64,000 bases of DNA. Origin: Octopus bimaculoides (Eukaryota). Shown piece after piece: positions 63,703 to 64,000 of this stretch. Position numbers and translations under genes: made by a program. Position 1 is the first letter of the stretch; each line of letters begins with the position of its first letter. The stretch spans positions 39,190,458-39,254,457 of the forward strand of contig NC_068997.1 of assembly GCF_001194135.2 (NCBI RefSeq), in the 5' to 3' direction. The notes under the pieces were generated by a model, which saw only the letters and a program-made list of their open reading frames with translations, had not been told where the DNA came from and made no database searches.

Positions 63703-64000
63703 TGCTACAGATCATGATGGGAGGGATAACTTCCTTTGGCAAACAGGACACAGTAGTGTGTCGATAAGCCAGCTGGAGGAGATGTCCTGCTGGGGCTAAA
63801 AGCAGCAGTAACATCCACCCCTAGGGGTCAGCCACACTTAAGTGACAATATACTACACTTTATATGTATCTAAGTTAATATTTAAGTGCTGGGTATGTCC
63901 CTAGTAGTACGATAGAGCATGTTCACTGTCCATGGCTACCTGGCATCAGCCACGGTAATTACATAATTGTCGCTGGATCTACCCCAGGAATTCCTCAGTG

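Overview
AT-rich eukaryotic (animal) DNA with no prokaryotic features. It has 14 N-gaps (about 6 kb, most flanked by microsatellites), dense simple repeats and many mobile elements. The SINE/microsatellite landscape looks like an octopus draft assembly, which is an inference from memory, not a search. No intact host gene can be named, so the window is probably intronic or intergenic; a few low-confidence minus-strand exon candidates exist. Supported content: three tRNA-derived SINE families (more than 20 copies), an R4/Dong-clade LINE stacked with related 3' ends in (TTA)n tracts, an RTE 3' fragment, two Penelope-like fragments, two mariner relics (one a fold-back), a hAT Buster/Charlie element with both TIRs, an unclassified DDE-type transposon relic and a DINE-1/HINE-like element. 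The most notable signals are: minimal type-I hammerhead ribozyme folds with a non-canonical CCGA core (63658-63702 and 53688-53727, relic at 26972-27010); the fold-back mariner with a microhomology junction; a perfect 24-bp CRE-centred palindrome upstream of the hAT transposase; a 25-bp perfect inverted repeat pair; and an exact Sox-Oct composite motif. All ORFs spanning Ns or microsatellites are artefacts.
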